Made by a program: the position numbers and the translations under genes. The notes below the pieces were generated by a model. It worked only from the letters and a program-made list of their open reading frames with translations. It ran no database searches and was not told where the DNA came from. Shown here piece by piece: positions 12,348 to 26,180 of a stretch of DNA of 64,000 bases (the first letter of the stretch is position 1; each line of letters begins with the position of its first letter). Source of the stretch: Octopus vulgaris (lineage: Eukaryota); NCBI GenBank assembly GCA_951406725.2, contig OX597819.1, positions 23,746,001 to 23,810,000 of the forward strand, in the 5' to 3' direction.

Positions 12348-15262
12348 GCACACACACACACATATACACACACATGTGCGTAGTGAAGATTCCGATTGGC
12401 TGTATGGTATGGGGAGTAAAATTTTGTATCTAAATCTAGTATAGCATCCAAAAAGTCAGCCCTTTACAACACCTTTTGAAAGATAAAGAGGGACAGAATT
12501 TCACGAAGAAAGCATGGAGAGGTTTTCTCAGTCTTTCCAATTACGGAAGTGGGTAAGAGAGTGTTATCCCTATAAAGTCCATATACCCCACCTCAGTTTC
12601 TAGAAGTTTTTTAGTTTGTAAAGTATATAAAAAAAAAAACCAAATCTGCAACCTTGACTGAGTTCGTAGACCCCATAACTACACTCGGCGTTCTGAAGAA
12701 TTCGTCGTAGCTATGGGATTTTCGGACTCCTGAAATGTTCACAAAGATTGTCATATCATCCTACACGCGTGCAAATATACTTCAGGTAGTTACTTACGTC
12801 AAATACCCTTGCCTAGAACTATGTTTCCATCAAGTATATGCAAGTATGGCTCGAATCTTGAAGCCGATTTATTTTACACACCTTACTAAAGATTAGAACT
12901 TGTCGTAATCGCATAGTATATAAAAGACGGAGTTGTGTTCATTGTATTTAGTCTCACTGCGAATCAATCGTTCGAGGACTTCTTCAGTATTCCGGCAAAA
13001 GACCTGTGTCCAAAGCGTCAGATTTGCTCAGCCTTTACGATAACCATACTCTTTTAGATTTTCTTACAATTTATATGTTTTCTTAGATTCCAGGTTTTAT
13101 TTTCTTCGATATCTTGGAGTAAATATCGAATCGGATGGTTTCGTTGTGATGTAACTACTCATTCACCTCTTCTTCTCAAGATGCCAAGGCAACATAGCGA
13201 AATGCTATTTATTAAAACGTATGCAAGAGTTGCACAATTTTTGCTTACATGTGCACATTGGTACGAAGGTGACGTTTCTACTACAATTGTTTGATTACTA
13301 ATAAAGCGTTGATCACAGATTGGTAAATATACGGTTTCATTTTCACACCAAGGGTATAATTTCGCAGTGGGATTAAATACACATTAATATGAATCCGTTT
13401 ATTCATTCATAATCCACGCTGTATTCGTATTTTGGTAGTAGTCATATTAGAACATCTCCCTCGTTTATAAATCTGAATCGTGTACCTAATGAAATCGATT
13501 ATTGTAGGAAATAATTATAAGGAGTATTGTGGAGTAAAGAGGATGGCAGACTTAACTTCTCAGTTTAACGCCACCAACTGGTGTCCTTGGGTACTTTTGG
13601 CAGGGTTCACTCTGTTGCAGACATTCGGGTAAGGTCCTCGATATTAGGACAACTCGCTTCCTCTAACTGGTGTCGCAGGCATTGAGAAGCCTGATGGATA
13701 CTGTCCTTCGTCTTCTAACTAAGACAAACATCATCACCTCGGGACGAACATCATCACTCAGCTTGTTTTCGATTCTTATTCACTTGCTGGATCTACTTTC
13801 AGTTTTAACACCCGGCATTCGGTTATTCAAACAACCAAACAACCTATTCATTTAATGAATGTATAAATATGTGGGTGTTTCACTTATGTACTTAGTACAA
13901 GCCCTTAACAGCATCGGCGTGACTCAGTGTACAACAAACCCAACACTTTGAATACAGCTACAGTCTATCCAACGAGCCTCTACACAATTTTCGTCTTCCT
14001 TATTTCACTCACAAGACCTGGGTCACCCCAAGGCAATAGTGAAAGAGACATGCATCAAGGTGCTTCTGAGAGAGATCGATCCCAGGGGCCACGATTGGAA
14101 AGCGAATTTATTAAACAAATGGCCATGTCTTTGTCCCTGTCCCCTTTCCCTGCTCTTCCTACTGTGGGACTAGAATCACATCTTTGCACGTTGCCAATTA
14201 CACCAAAGATGATCTATCGTCTATAACAAAGTATGCATACCATAACATCTCATTTTATACTTCCAATTAAATACAGCGCCTTTAAATGTAATCCGAAGAA
14301 GCCGATATTACCATTAAAAAAGAATTGTGGTGGAGATTTTTTAGAATCTGTGGTTTGTCGGACTAAGGCCTTTAGTCTTTGGTCTCCTCAACTTCGTGAA
14401 AAATTCACAAAGGCTTACGGAACAACTATTTACATACTACTTGTGGGAAATTCGATAACTGTTACATTTTCCCTGCAAGGAAACCAAGTTCCCTAAAATC
14501 ATACCCTACCGTCTTAAAAATACATAATGTAATTCTAGATTTACAAATCTAATTATATCACGTGTAGAACGTCTTTACTCCCAAGCCTGCTCAATTAAGG
14601 ATTATATTGTGCCAAACAACATCAGTGAGTTTGTGTGAATGTAAGAAATCTTTATTGGAATGATAACTAATAATTTGCTTCTATCAGAAAGGCATCATCT
14701 TCACAACTTCTTGGTTAATTTCTGGTAACCATTTCAGTTAACAGATGTATGCTGTTTTTTTTTTTAGCTCCAGGTCAACTTTGTCCTAACAGATCTATGA
14801 TCAAAGGCAATCCAGCTTTGACTACCCCATCTGTAAGAGATGGTCATGACCGGACAAAATATTTAAAAACTACATTATCTTGCGTGTCCCTTTTTTTAAG
14901 ATAGTGGAGTTCTAGTTTGATGGTGATTTGGCTTTTATCTCTGGCTGGAAGTCCGGCCATGAAACAACATCTCTTTGGTTCATTTACCCGTATTAGAAAT
15001 AGCAGTTAAAAACTGAATGTTTTTGATGCTCTGGTGTTTACTTCGCTACCTCGCAGTTTTGAGTTGAAATTCAATCGATTCAAATTTTGTTGCTGGGCCG
15101 GATTATATATATCATTTTTAGTCATAGTGAAAATTTATCATTATAACACCAATATATGCACACCAACAAATACACTCATAGACATACAGATTCAATGATA
15201 CCCATGCGCGAACAGATTCCCCTTTTCTCTCCACATGCGCTCATATGCACACACATACTCAC

Positions 15263-15308
<46 letters not shown>

Positions 15309-16006
15309 TACATAAATATATACATACATACAGGCAGACAGACACTGACTCACATACACACACGTGCAAGCGCTTACATATTCACGTCGCCTTTGTTATA
15401 TTTACCCGAATTCATACACGTACATTTAAATAAGGAATTGAATAAAAAAAATTTTAAAAATCACGCTGAATTCACTGTTGAGAATAGAGATATATGTGCT
15501 TGAACTATGCATAAATCAATTGAAGCAGACGTACATACATGCACGTACATACACATTTACATGCTTACACATGTATTTCGTATCATGCATTAACTAAAAA
15601 AAATCACATATTCAAAATCATATATTCATACAAAACAATGCGAACACAGACGCATACGCACACAATTACGCAAATACGTAAAGATATTCCCTATTTTATC
15701 TTCTGTCTTAAGCCATAAAGTAACAGACTAACGCAGGAAACATGCCATTGCATTGTTTCCTCATTGTTTCCTCAGATTCTTTAGTACAAAGCAGCAAAGA
15801 ACTGTAAAGAAAGCACAGGTGTTTTAGTGATTTGTGTAGCAATAAAAAGTCTTAAAGTGAATTCAAAATAACACGAAAGAACCATCAGGTACAAACATTT
15901 GATTGAAATATAACGGAGAATATGCCACGAATAACTGTCAAACAAGGCAGCCGTGATCAAGATGTTTCTTCCTATATTACTGTTGCGCCTTTGCTGCTGT
16001 TCCTTT

Positions 16007-16007
16007 T

Positions 16008-16043
<36 letters not shown>

Positions 16044-16044
16044 C

Positions 16045-16087
<43 letters not shown>

Positions 16088-16088
16088 T

Positions 16089-16156
<68 letters not shown>

Positions 16157-16204
16157 TTGCTGCTGTTACTACTACTACTACTACTACTACTATTACTACT
16201 GCTG

Positions 16205-16266
<62 letters not shown>

Positions 16267-16350
16267 GCTACTGCTACTGCTGTTGCTGCTGTTGCTGCTG
16301 TTTCTGCTGCAGTTGCTGTTATTCTTGTTGTTGTTGCTGTTGCTGTTGTT
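16007..16350. repeat. (CTA)n/(CCA)n/(CTG)n/(TTG)n arrays
   Basis: Visible arrays. Confidence 0.95.
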
Positions 16351-16605
16351 GAATAATTTTCATTTTGACATATTTCCATTTATCTGTAGTTGTCGTTTCA
16401 TCACTTTTACATAAACAGATATAATAAAATGAATATTGATTTTCTCACTTAAATACAAGGACAGAATTTTGCTGAGGAAGAATGTGGTTTTTCCACATTA
16501 ATTTTCATTTGTTCTTACCTTTAATATCCTTAGTAACTGCACTTCTTCCTCTGAATATAATCTTTTCAGGGCCTCCACTGATTGGCGGAGGCAGGAAGGA
16601 AGGAA

Positions 16606-16651
<46 letters not shown>

Positions 16652-17014
16652 AGGAAAGAAGTAAGGAGGTAAGGGTGTAAAGGAAGAAATTATTTTCAGA
16701 CAAGAATTCCGGCCCGACTGGACTCTGCAAAAGCACTGAAGTGTCCAAAGTAAATTTGGTTCTTCAGATGGCTGGTTCCGAACGGTTTCCGTTTATAAAA
16801 TCTATTCACACAGATTTGGTCGACCCGGGGCTATGGTTAGAAGACACTTTCTTAAGGTGTCACACTGAAAGATCGAATCCGAAGCGACGACGGAGTTGAG
16901 AATCGACCTTGTTCATTACACAATAATCACCCGCTCCACTTGATATTTATTTAATGTTTATGCTTATGGAACTCGGAGAGTGTTGAAATGTAGAGTTAAT
17001 ATCGGAGATTATGA

Positions 17015-17140
17015 ACGTGGCCTAGCGGTTGATTGTTCAACTTAGGATCATAACAGCATGGGTTCAATTCCGGGACCGAGCAGCGCATTGTTTCCTTGGA
17101 CATGGCACTTCATTTCACATTACTCCAGTCTACTTAGCCT
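17015..17140 (+). mobile_element. Degenerate tRNA-derived SINE head (H2 type)
   Basis: A-box tggcctagcgg, B-box gggttcaattcc, then cacttcatttcac as in the copies at 49.9 kb and 55.1 kb. Confidence 0.6.
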
Positions 17141-18019
17141 ATCATGGGTACCAACCTTCGTGCTCGTGCAGCTCTCTATCCCTCCTGCTTACCCATCTTC
17201 GATATATTCTAGGTCAAGGCTGAAGGGGCCGAGAGTATATTTGTGTCTGTTCGCAACTACATAAGCACCCGAAACGATTAGCAAAAAACATGACAGAAGT
17301 TACCATGTCTTACTTGCGGGCGAGTAAAGATTAACTGTTTTTTGTATTATGAATTGAGACATTCGATCAATAAAGCTAAATATTTATTCTTAACTTACCA
17401 CAGCCATAAAGCCACACATTTGAATATGGGCGATTATATCAGTGCTAGTGTTTGGCTGGTACTTAATGTATCGATCGCAGAAGGATTAGAAACAAAAGCT
17501 GACCTCAGTGAAATTTGAACACAGAATATCAAGAGATGTAACTAAACATGACAAGGTGCTTTATCCAATTGGCCATCATTTCTGACAACTCAACGTTCTA
17601 GAAACAGCTTTACTGTACTAGAAACAACATCCTAGAAATAGCTCGAGATTCTTGAGATTTTGTAAAGAAAATGTTTGTATATTGTGTACGGTGTAGATAT
17701 TATAGTATTGAATAAACATATTGTATGAGGTAGAGAGATATTGTACTGACAGTGTATAGAGGTATAGTATAGAGATATTGTACGTGGATTGCATCGAAAA
17801 TCATGCAAAACGGGCAAAACTTTTCTATTAAGTGACATAGGTCGTTCAAATTGCATATTTTGATTGAGTAACTCTTCCTCTGTCTTATCTTATATCTTTT
17901 ATTTTTTGCTTGTTTCAGTTATTGGACTACGGCCATGCTGGGGCACAGTCTTGAAGGGTTTAATCGAACAAATCGACCCTAATATTTACACACGCTGCTC
18001 ACAAGTACAAACGCACACA

Positions 18020-18682
18020 CAAAATTGATAATACTACCGATAGCGACAAATGGAGAATGTGCGGTGAGAGGGGTGAAACGGTATGGCACATCATTAACGA
18101 ATGCTCGAAATTGGCACAACGCGAATACAAACGGCGCCATGACAATGTGGCAAAAATGATCCATTGGGAGTTCTGTGGGAATCACAGCCCACAAAGAGCA
18201 AAGACGTGGTATGAGAAAACCCCGGAAGGAGTCACCGAAAATAAAATCCCGTGGGATGTAATGATCCAGACCAAACATAGGAAACTTGACATTGTTGTGG
18301 TGAATAAAAAAGAATATGTGATTATCGACATAGCATGCCCCGATGACAACAGGACCAATGTGAAAGAAGAAAAAATAAACAACTACGACGATTTAAAGTG
18401 GGAAATACGAAGGTTGTGGTTAATGAAGAGAGTAGACGTGATACCAATAGTAATTGGTGCATTTGGAAGTATCAGCACTCAACTACCAGCATGGCTGAAA
18501 AAGATGAGTGCAAGTGGGAAGGTATAACTTCTACAAAAATCAGCATTGCTTAGAACTGCAAGAATTCTTCGCAGAGTTTTGAAGTATGACCAGTAAACAA
18601 GTGTCACCTTATTCTGCTGGCTGTGGACAGCTGATACTTTCCATCATACCCAGCAAAATGAACTGTGAGTTTTCATACAACT
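18020..18682 (+). mobile_element. R4/Dong-like RLE non-LTR retrotransposon, 3' fragment
   Basis: Zinc-knuckle remnant RMCGERGETVWHIINECSKLA, YKRRHD, (P)DIVV..IIDIA..EKxxxY, IPIVIGAFG; 3' UTR followed by (AAT)n. Confidence 0.9.
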
Positions 18683-18710
18683 ATAATAATAATGATAATA
18701 ATAATAACAA

Positions 18711-19241
18711 TACCTTGATGCAGTACCAGGCAGTGGCTCTCAAGGCTTCTGATCTTAACTGATAGCAAGTGTTATCATGTACATTGTCATGTATTGGTAT
18801 AAAAGATGGGCTACAACAAATATTCTGCTCAATACCACAGATTTGCTTGTCGGTTGTTTGACCTTAACCAGTTGAGCATGTCCCTTAGTGGCTGGCGATA
18901 TGTGTATCTCTGATCACGAACAAAAGTAGTGGGGGAGCATCATAGTCATGTGTTGAGAGGAATTCTCTGGCAACATGGGTGTTTCGTTCAAAACTTTAAA
19001 CGACCCTTATTCAGGGAGCTTTTGAGCGGGATGGGCTACTCGACCTGAAGGAAATTCTAAATGGGCCCCACCTGCAAGGTCATGTGTTGTTTATCTTGAT
19101 ATGAGATTACCGTGTCGCGCACATATGGTTGTGATGTATGTGCCTGGTGTACCCTTATCAGACGGGTAGTCATAATGGGTATACTGGGCTTCGCATATTT
19201 TACCTAGTGTCACTTTGATAGCATGCACTGCTCTCTCACTC
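18711..19241 (+). mobile_element. Family D non-coding element (full length), flanked by (AAT)n
   Basis: Same start (aat-rccytgatgcagtaccaggcagtggctctca) and end (ctctctcactc-aat) as 29795-30331. Confidence 0.9.
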
Positions 19242-19314
19242 AATAATAATAATAATAACAACAACAACAACAATAATAATAATGATAATAATGATAATAA
19301 TAATAATAATGATG

Positions 19315-19390
<76 letters not shown>

Positions 19391-19403
19391 TGACTTAATC
19401 CCT

Positions 19404-19700
19404 TGAATTTTGAAATTGCAAGAATTTGGAATATGAAAATTGTAAACGTTGTGCCTGTAATAACTGGTGCTTTGGAAACTGGAGGTAAAGATATAGAAAA
19501 ATGGTTGAAGGAGATTGGAAAAGAATGTCTAGTAGATCTTCTACAGAAAGTATGCTTTTTAGGGACAGGAAAGATTATCAGGAAGATTTTATGTATTTGA
19601 AAGGTTTTTGAAAGCTTGTGAATACCTAAGGTTACCCGCTAACCACATAAATTCTACCAGGAATAAGAACGAACCTGAGTCAGATCAACAATAATAATAA
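19404..19700 (+). mobile_element. R4/Dong-like LINE extreme 3' fragment
   Basis: FEIARIWNMKIVNVVPVITGAL..LQKVCFLGTGKIIRKIL; (AAT)n on both sides. Confidence 0.8.
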
Positions 19701-19704
19701 TACT

Positions 19705-20231
19705 CCTTTCTACTAAAGGTACAAGGCCTGAGAATTGGGGTGAGAGGACTAGTTGATTACATCGACCCCAAAAGGATGAAAGGCGAAGTCCACCTCGGTG
19801 GAATTTGAACTCAGAACGTAGCGACGGACGAAATACCTATTTCTTTACTACTCACAAGGGGCTAAACATAGAGGGGACAAACAAGGACAGACAAACGGAT
19901 TAAGTCGATTACATCGACCCAGTGCGTAACCGGTACTTAATTTATCGACCCCAAAAGGATGAAAGGCAAAGTTGACCTCGGCGGAATCTGAATTCAGAAC
20001 GTAACGGCAGACAAAATACCTATTTCTTTATTGCTCACAAGGGACTAGATACAGAGGGGACAAACAAGGACAGACAAGCGGATTAAGTCGATTACATCGA
20101 TCCAGTGCATAACTGGTACTTAATTTATCGACCCCGAAAGAATGAAAGGCAAAGTCGACCTCGGCGGAATTTGAACTCAGAACGTAGCGGCAGACGATAT
20201 AATACTGGTAAGCATTTCGCCCGGCGTGCTA
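19705..20231 (-). mobile_element. SINE family A head-to-tail trimer
   Basis: Three cores; identical junctions aaatacc|tatttcttta at 19837/19838 and 20020/20021 (183-bp period). Confidence 0.9.
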
Positions 20232-21196
20232 ACGTTTCTGCCAGCTCGCCGTTTTACCAATAATGATGATGATGATGATGATTATGATATATATGACAAA
20301 TGACACCTGTGGAGAATCACCAACAATATATTTAGACAATTAAGGAAGTTGTCCACATTTCAGCCATACTAACAGTCTCTAATTTCATTTGTAAATGTTA
20401 GACACCAGACTATATTTACTCATTTGTTGAGAAGATACTATTCTTTCATTCTGGTTATTAATTTACTGTGCAATGTTCATGTGACTTCTTTTACGTCACA
20501 AATATTTTCAAATACAAAATGTAGATCAACAAGATATCAACGTCGTGTTTGATACAGAACAGTCATTCAAGTGCTCTCGTGACTCACCTCAAATTTCTAT
20601 TCAGAATTGATAGAATGTAACAAAGCGTTAATGGCAACAGTATTCTCGAAATGTATTCAATACTATTCACTCGGAAAATAGTTTATTATTATAGCGATAA
20701 ATTCAACATAAATGAAACGTTTCACTTATTATCATTTTAAAGCATTCAGGTTATATAACTCATTGAAAAAGGAGCTTAATTCTGGTAAAAAAAAAATGAA
20801 ACCTCAATATATACTGACGTGAATACACAAATACACATCAACTCAGCGTGTATGTATTTGTAAAGAGATGCAAATATATACACATACATACATATATGCA
20901 CATAAAACATATGTATGCACACATGTATGTGTGTATATATGTATGTAAAAATACATATGTTTATAAATATTTATATATATATAAGTATTATATATATGAG
21001 TGTGTATGTGTGTGCGTGTGTGTGCATGCGTGTATATATATATATTTATATATATATACATATATATTTACAAATTGAGATAGGGGTTGTAAATGCAACC
21101 CTCCATGGGATAACATATATCCAATATACTGCTAGTGAAGTACCCAACAGAGTTAATACATAAATGTTAAGAATTGCGATGCAATTAATTCATTTA

Positions 21197-21236
<40 letters not shown>

Positions 21237-21239
<3 letters not shown>

Positions 21240-21413
21240 GGTCCCGGGTTGAGTCGGGGTTAACCACAGTAAATAAGGTACTCAATACATAGCAGAGTAA
21301 ATTAATTTATTTTATAGAAGGAGTTCTACAGGACTAGAACTGTTTCATTCAAAAGAAAACATTCCTGATGATTTCTGTTGAATGAAACAGTTCTAGTCCT
21401 GTAGAAGCTCCTT

Positions 21414-21419
<6 letters not shown>
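21237..21419. mobile_element. (TA)n-flanked element with ~47-bp inverted arms and a partial hammerhead-like core
   Basis: 21312-21358 pairs with 21372-21419; CTGATGA (21365), GAAAC (21384), GTC (21396). Confidence 0.65.
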
Positions 21420-21481
<62 letters not shown>

Positions 21482-22473
21482 TATACACACACACACCCAT
21501 AAAAGTAATGTTTGTAGCCACTTGAACATGGCTGTCCGTTCGAACGGACTTTACTGCAATGTTTTAACCCAAAGAGGACATATCCTCTAGCTGAATGACG
21601 ATACACAGCTGCACCTGAAATATTGCGAGCAGGGGAGCGAGCCCCTATCACCTTCTAGTGACGGGACCAGTAGACCAGCCTCGTTTCGGGCTATTTCTGC
21701 TTCTTTTCAGTACTGGGCACCTCGTCGGATAGAGATGCACGCAATATATATTAATTTCAAGCGACACACAGTCGCTGATTTTGCAACAAGAAAAACTGCT
21801 ACTTCTAAAATTTAGAGGAGATGTTTAAATATTCATTGCCAAGAGGTGTAAATATTCGTTGCTAAGATGTGTAAATATTCGTTGCCAAGCTTTACGTTTA
21901 CTGCAGAGTAGGTTTTAACATTTTATAAACAATATTAATATATTGTGGCGAAATTTTTCGTTTTCATTTGCAACACTCTCTCACTATCACTCTCCCGCCT
22001 CCAATTGTTTTCATAAATAATAATTTGCTTGATATATATTCATTGCAATTTTTTCAATTCAGGTTTTATTTCGTTGACTTAAATTCGCTATGTAAATGCC
22101 CTCAGTTTATTATTTGTACATAGTAGAAAAAAAATTATATTGGACAACTTATTAAAACTTACTGAAGCTTCGAACTCATGTGATTTATTTCCTTTCCACT
22201 GTTATCTAAGAATTATCAAGTGAATTTGTTGCTATGGTTAGTTGTTATGCTATAGGTATTAAAATATCTCTGTGATCGCTGCTATGTTTTTGCACACTTA
22301 ACGTAGTTGGACTACCTTGATGTTTGTTTAGAAAAGTGAGATTATGACTGTGATAAATTAATGAAAGCAATATTTACTAAGCAAGTGAGTACTATTATAC
22401 AAAGAAATAATTAGACGTAATTTAAAAATTATTAGAATTGGGATTCAAATGTGACACTATTATCAAATGGCTT

Positions 22474-22508
22474 GCAGAAAACCGCCCGGATGGCGGTCTT
22501 TCTGCTAG
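22474..22508 (+). mobile_element. Helitron-like 3' terminus
   Basis: GC-rich hairpin gcagaaaaccgcc/ggcggtctttctgc ending CTAG followed by T; 5' end not located. Confidence 0.6.
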
Positions 22509-22627
<119 letters not shown>

Positions 22628-22756
22628 GTGTGTGAGTGTGTGTGTGTATGCATGTATGTAGGCACGTATATATGTATCTATCTATATACATATGTACATA
22701 TATCTAGATATCATGTATACATGAATTTCTGAGTGTGTATAGATATATGTATAGGC

Positions 22757-23138
22757 AGGGGAGTGGCTGTGTGGTAAGTAGCTTGTTTACCAACACATGT
22801 TTCCGAGTTTAGTCCCACTGTGTGGTACCTTGGGCAAATGTTTTCTACTATAGCCTCGGGCCGATCAAAGCATTGTGAGTGGATTTGATTGATGGAAACT
22901 GAAAGAAGCCTGTCATATATATATATATATCTATATGTATGTATGCATATGCTTGTATGTGTTTGTCCCCCTACCATCGCTTGACAACCGATGTTGGTGT
23001 GTTTACGTTCCCATAACTTAACGGTTTAGCAAAAGAAATCGATAACATATGTACTAGGTTTATAAAGAATAAGTCTCCGGGTCTATTTGTTCGACTAAAG
23101 GCATGGCCGCTGTCAAATGACAGAAACAAATAAAAGAA
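22757..23138 (+). mobile_element. tRNA-derived SINE family B with internal microsatellite
   Basis: A-box tggctgtgtgg, B-box-like gagtttagtcc, ccttgggcaa core, internal (TA)n, tail like 53776-54170. Confidence 0.88.
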
Positions 23139-23184
23139 TATGTATGTATGCATGTACGTATGTATGTGTGTATATATATATATA

Positions 23185-23400
23185 TCTTATATAATAAAGC
23201 AGAGTTTTTATGTGTATGTGTGTGTCTGTGTGTGTGTGTGTGTGTGTGCGTGTGCGTGCGCGTATGTTCCTTATGAATTCGAAAACTGAGTTGCCGATTT
23301 TGACTTATGAGGTATCAATAGATTCAGTAATCGTTCGGCTACGAAACGTGGTCGGGTCGCATAATTTTGAGGTCTTTAGCTAATGGAGGCAACTTTGCCA
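23185..23400 (+). mobile_element. Possible Helitron-like 5' fragment
   Basis: A|TCTTATATAATAAAG followed by tgtgtgtctg tract, resembling the start of 47002-47399; 3' extent uncertain. Confidence 0.45.
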
Positions 23401-23689
23401 GAACAAGTTTTATATCAATGATAGAGCATAATGAGAAAATGTTTAAATTGCAAAGGAGTTTTACCAGGGAATGAAACTTCGAAGACACACCGTCAACTTT
23501 ATTAATATTATTTCGAAGATAATCTTTTAATGTTGGTCTGTGTTTTGTTTAGCCCAGAGTTGCCTCTGATGTCGCAATTTTTTTCTTCCTGAAATACTGT
23601 AAATCTGTGTCTTTCTTTTGACGAAAGGGTGTGTTTTAAGAGAGATTTAGCTGCCATTTGTAGTAGCTCAAGTTACCACAGAGACACCT

Positions 23690-23745
<56 letters not shown>

Positions 23746-24171
23746 GTATGTGTTTTGTTGTGGTGAAAAAGTACTTTTTCTCAGAATGTTTTGCACAATA
23801 ATTTTTAAAGAAATTTGGACATCTTTTTTAGTGCTCACCATTCAACTTCAAATTACAATTGTTAATTGTTGGAAGTTAAGTAGACTGAGATATACATATA
23901 GTATTATCGTATGAAGTGGAAGTTTTTAACCCATTACCTTGTGGTTAGTAATCCATTACCTTAAATTTGAAGCCAGTGAATCTTTAAACATTATTTAACT
24001 GGATTTAGTCTTTCGCATGTCGTCATGATGGGGTATCACCTCTAAAAATTAAATTGACCATACTGACCTCAGTACGTATTTCAATGTGGCATTTATTTTA
24101 TCGATCTCCGCTTGATGAACTGCTAACTTCGAGACATTGTAGGACACACTGCACGATTTAACAACAAATGT

Positions 24172-24231
<60 letters not shown>

Positions 24232-24514
24232 ACACTTATTAGGTGCATGAATGACTGTGTGGTTGAGAAGTTTACTTTCCAACCCTATAGTTCCTCTTTC
24301 AGTCCCTCTGCGTGGTGCCTTGCTCAAGTGTTTTCATTGCCCAACGCCAACCACAGACTTGTGACTGAATTTGGTAGACGGAAACTGCAGCGTTGTTCAT
24401 CAGAAAATGACCGAAAAACATGCCTATTCTACCCATAAGAAACGTGGCTGTAGTTCATAACATCCGGGCAACGCTGGGGTGCAATGGTAGCGTGTACATA
24501 TATATATATATATG

Positions 24515-24546
<32 letters not shown>

Positions 24547-26180
24547 TGTATGTATGTATGTATGTATGTATGTATGTATGTATGTATGTATGTATGTGTG
24601 TATGTATGTATGTATGTATGTATGTACACACACATGCATAATGCATACAATTATATGTATATATAGATGTAAATATACGTGTGCATATATATTTACACAC
24701 ACGCACACATACATATATGTATAGTTATGTATACTTACATTGATACACAGACACACATACAAGCTATAATGCTCTTAGTTACCTACCAGGTAGTTAGTGC
24801 AACCGTCAATTTTTTTTTATCCTATCCTTATCAGAAAATAAACTTATAACAACAAGATATGAATGGAACTGGTTGACACTGTTAAAGACAAATCCAATAC
24901 AAAATGATAAAATAAGGGCGCACAAATTGCTAACTGTAGGGAAGGAATCTGTCATTACAGACTATGCACAAGCTGTCTTGCTGTCTGACCCTTTTCTTGT
25001 CAAGATACTTTGACGCTGAAAAATGTGGACATCGATGAAAGAGGATACTTGTTTCGTTTCTTTTCTTTACTTTTGTTCGGAGCAATTTCTGTTAAACAAA
25101 ACTATATTGCCGAATGTGAAGTCATGCTGAAGGTTGGTGGTAACAGTTTGAATGGAAAAGCAAATAAACAAAAAAGCAAAAAAACACAAGAATCAAAGAG
25201 AAGGAAAAAAAACCCCGTAAAAACACAAAAAAAAAAAAATAGCTGAATATTTAATTTGCTGGATGGATGTATTGTTAGATGTGGTAGAGGTGGAGGTGGT
25301 GGTGGATCTCCGTAGTTCAGCTACGAGGACCGGGGTAGTTATTCGATCAAATTGACGTGTAAAATGGGTTAACATTTCACTGACATGCGTATCCTTAACA
25401 TAATTTTCAGACAGAATTAGTGTGTCATAGCGTGTGACATAGTTGTATGTACCTTTTGGAATTATTAGCAAAATCTTCCCGTCGGACATTTATGCAGATT
25501 CCATCTTTCCAATTTCATCCACAAGACATGAGTTGACTGTAGGCTGTACAAAATGATATTTGCCCAAGATACCATACTCTTCGATCGAACTCGGGGTTCA
25601 TGATTGCGAAGCGAGGTTATTAACCGTTTGGTCATACTGTACTTACTGGATGTGTTATATTTTATACATTGAAAAAAAAAAAAAAGAAATAAAGAAAACA
25701 GAGAAGAAAGTGTTCAAATTTGCGAGCAAGGCTGTGATTAAAAGTTTCGACTCATAACCCCGTAGTTCCTGCGTTCGGTCTGAGCGACAAATTTTATATA
25801 TTTGTCGCCAATGATTGACCATTACGTTGTGAATAGAATTTGAGGGTAGAAATTGGTGCGAGCTTGTCGTTAATATAAATGCCTCGTCTGAGCTGGTTGC
25901 GAGTACACACCACTGACAGCGCTCAACAAGTTAGAAATGCACCAGGTGTTCTCGCTAGATATTGCCGAGACGATTTTCACAAAACGTTCACTAGGAGGTT
26001 ATCTCCAGGCGAATACCGCAATAAATTCGTTTGTCTTTCAGCGATGTATTAACATTAAGTATGATATGTAGAGAGCTAAATATACATACATACATACATA
26101 CATACATACATACATACATACATACATACATACATACATACATACATACATACATACATACATACATACGTACGTACGTA

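Noticed and set aside
12990-13025. ccggcaaaagacctgtgtccaaagcgtcaga, faintly like a decayed hammerhead
   Set aside because: Too many core mismatches to separate from chance.
16700-16755. Possible small plus-strand exon (ttttcag|...|gtaaat)
   Set aside because: Weak donor, about 50 bp, no partner exons.
21675-21720. Minus-strand CTGAAAA...GAAAC hammerhead-like spacing
   Set aside because: Uncompensated G8 change, poor stem II and no NUH triplet in register.
21826-21890. Three ~23-bp tandem units (taaatattcgttgccaag..)
   Set aside because: No unique spacers, so not CRISPR-like; ordinary minisatellite.
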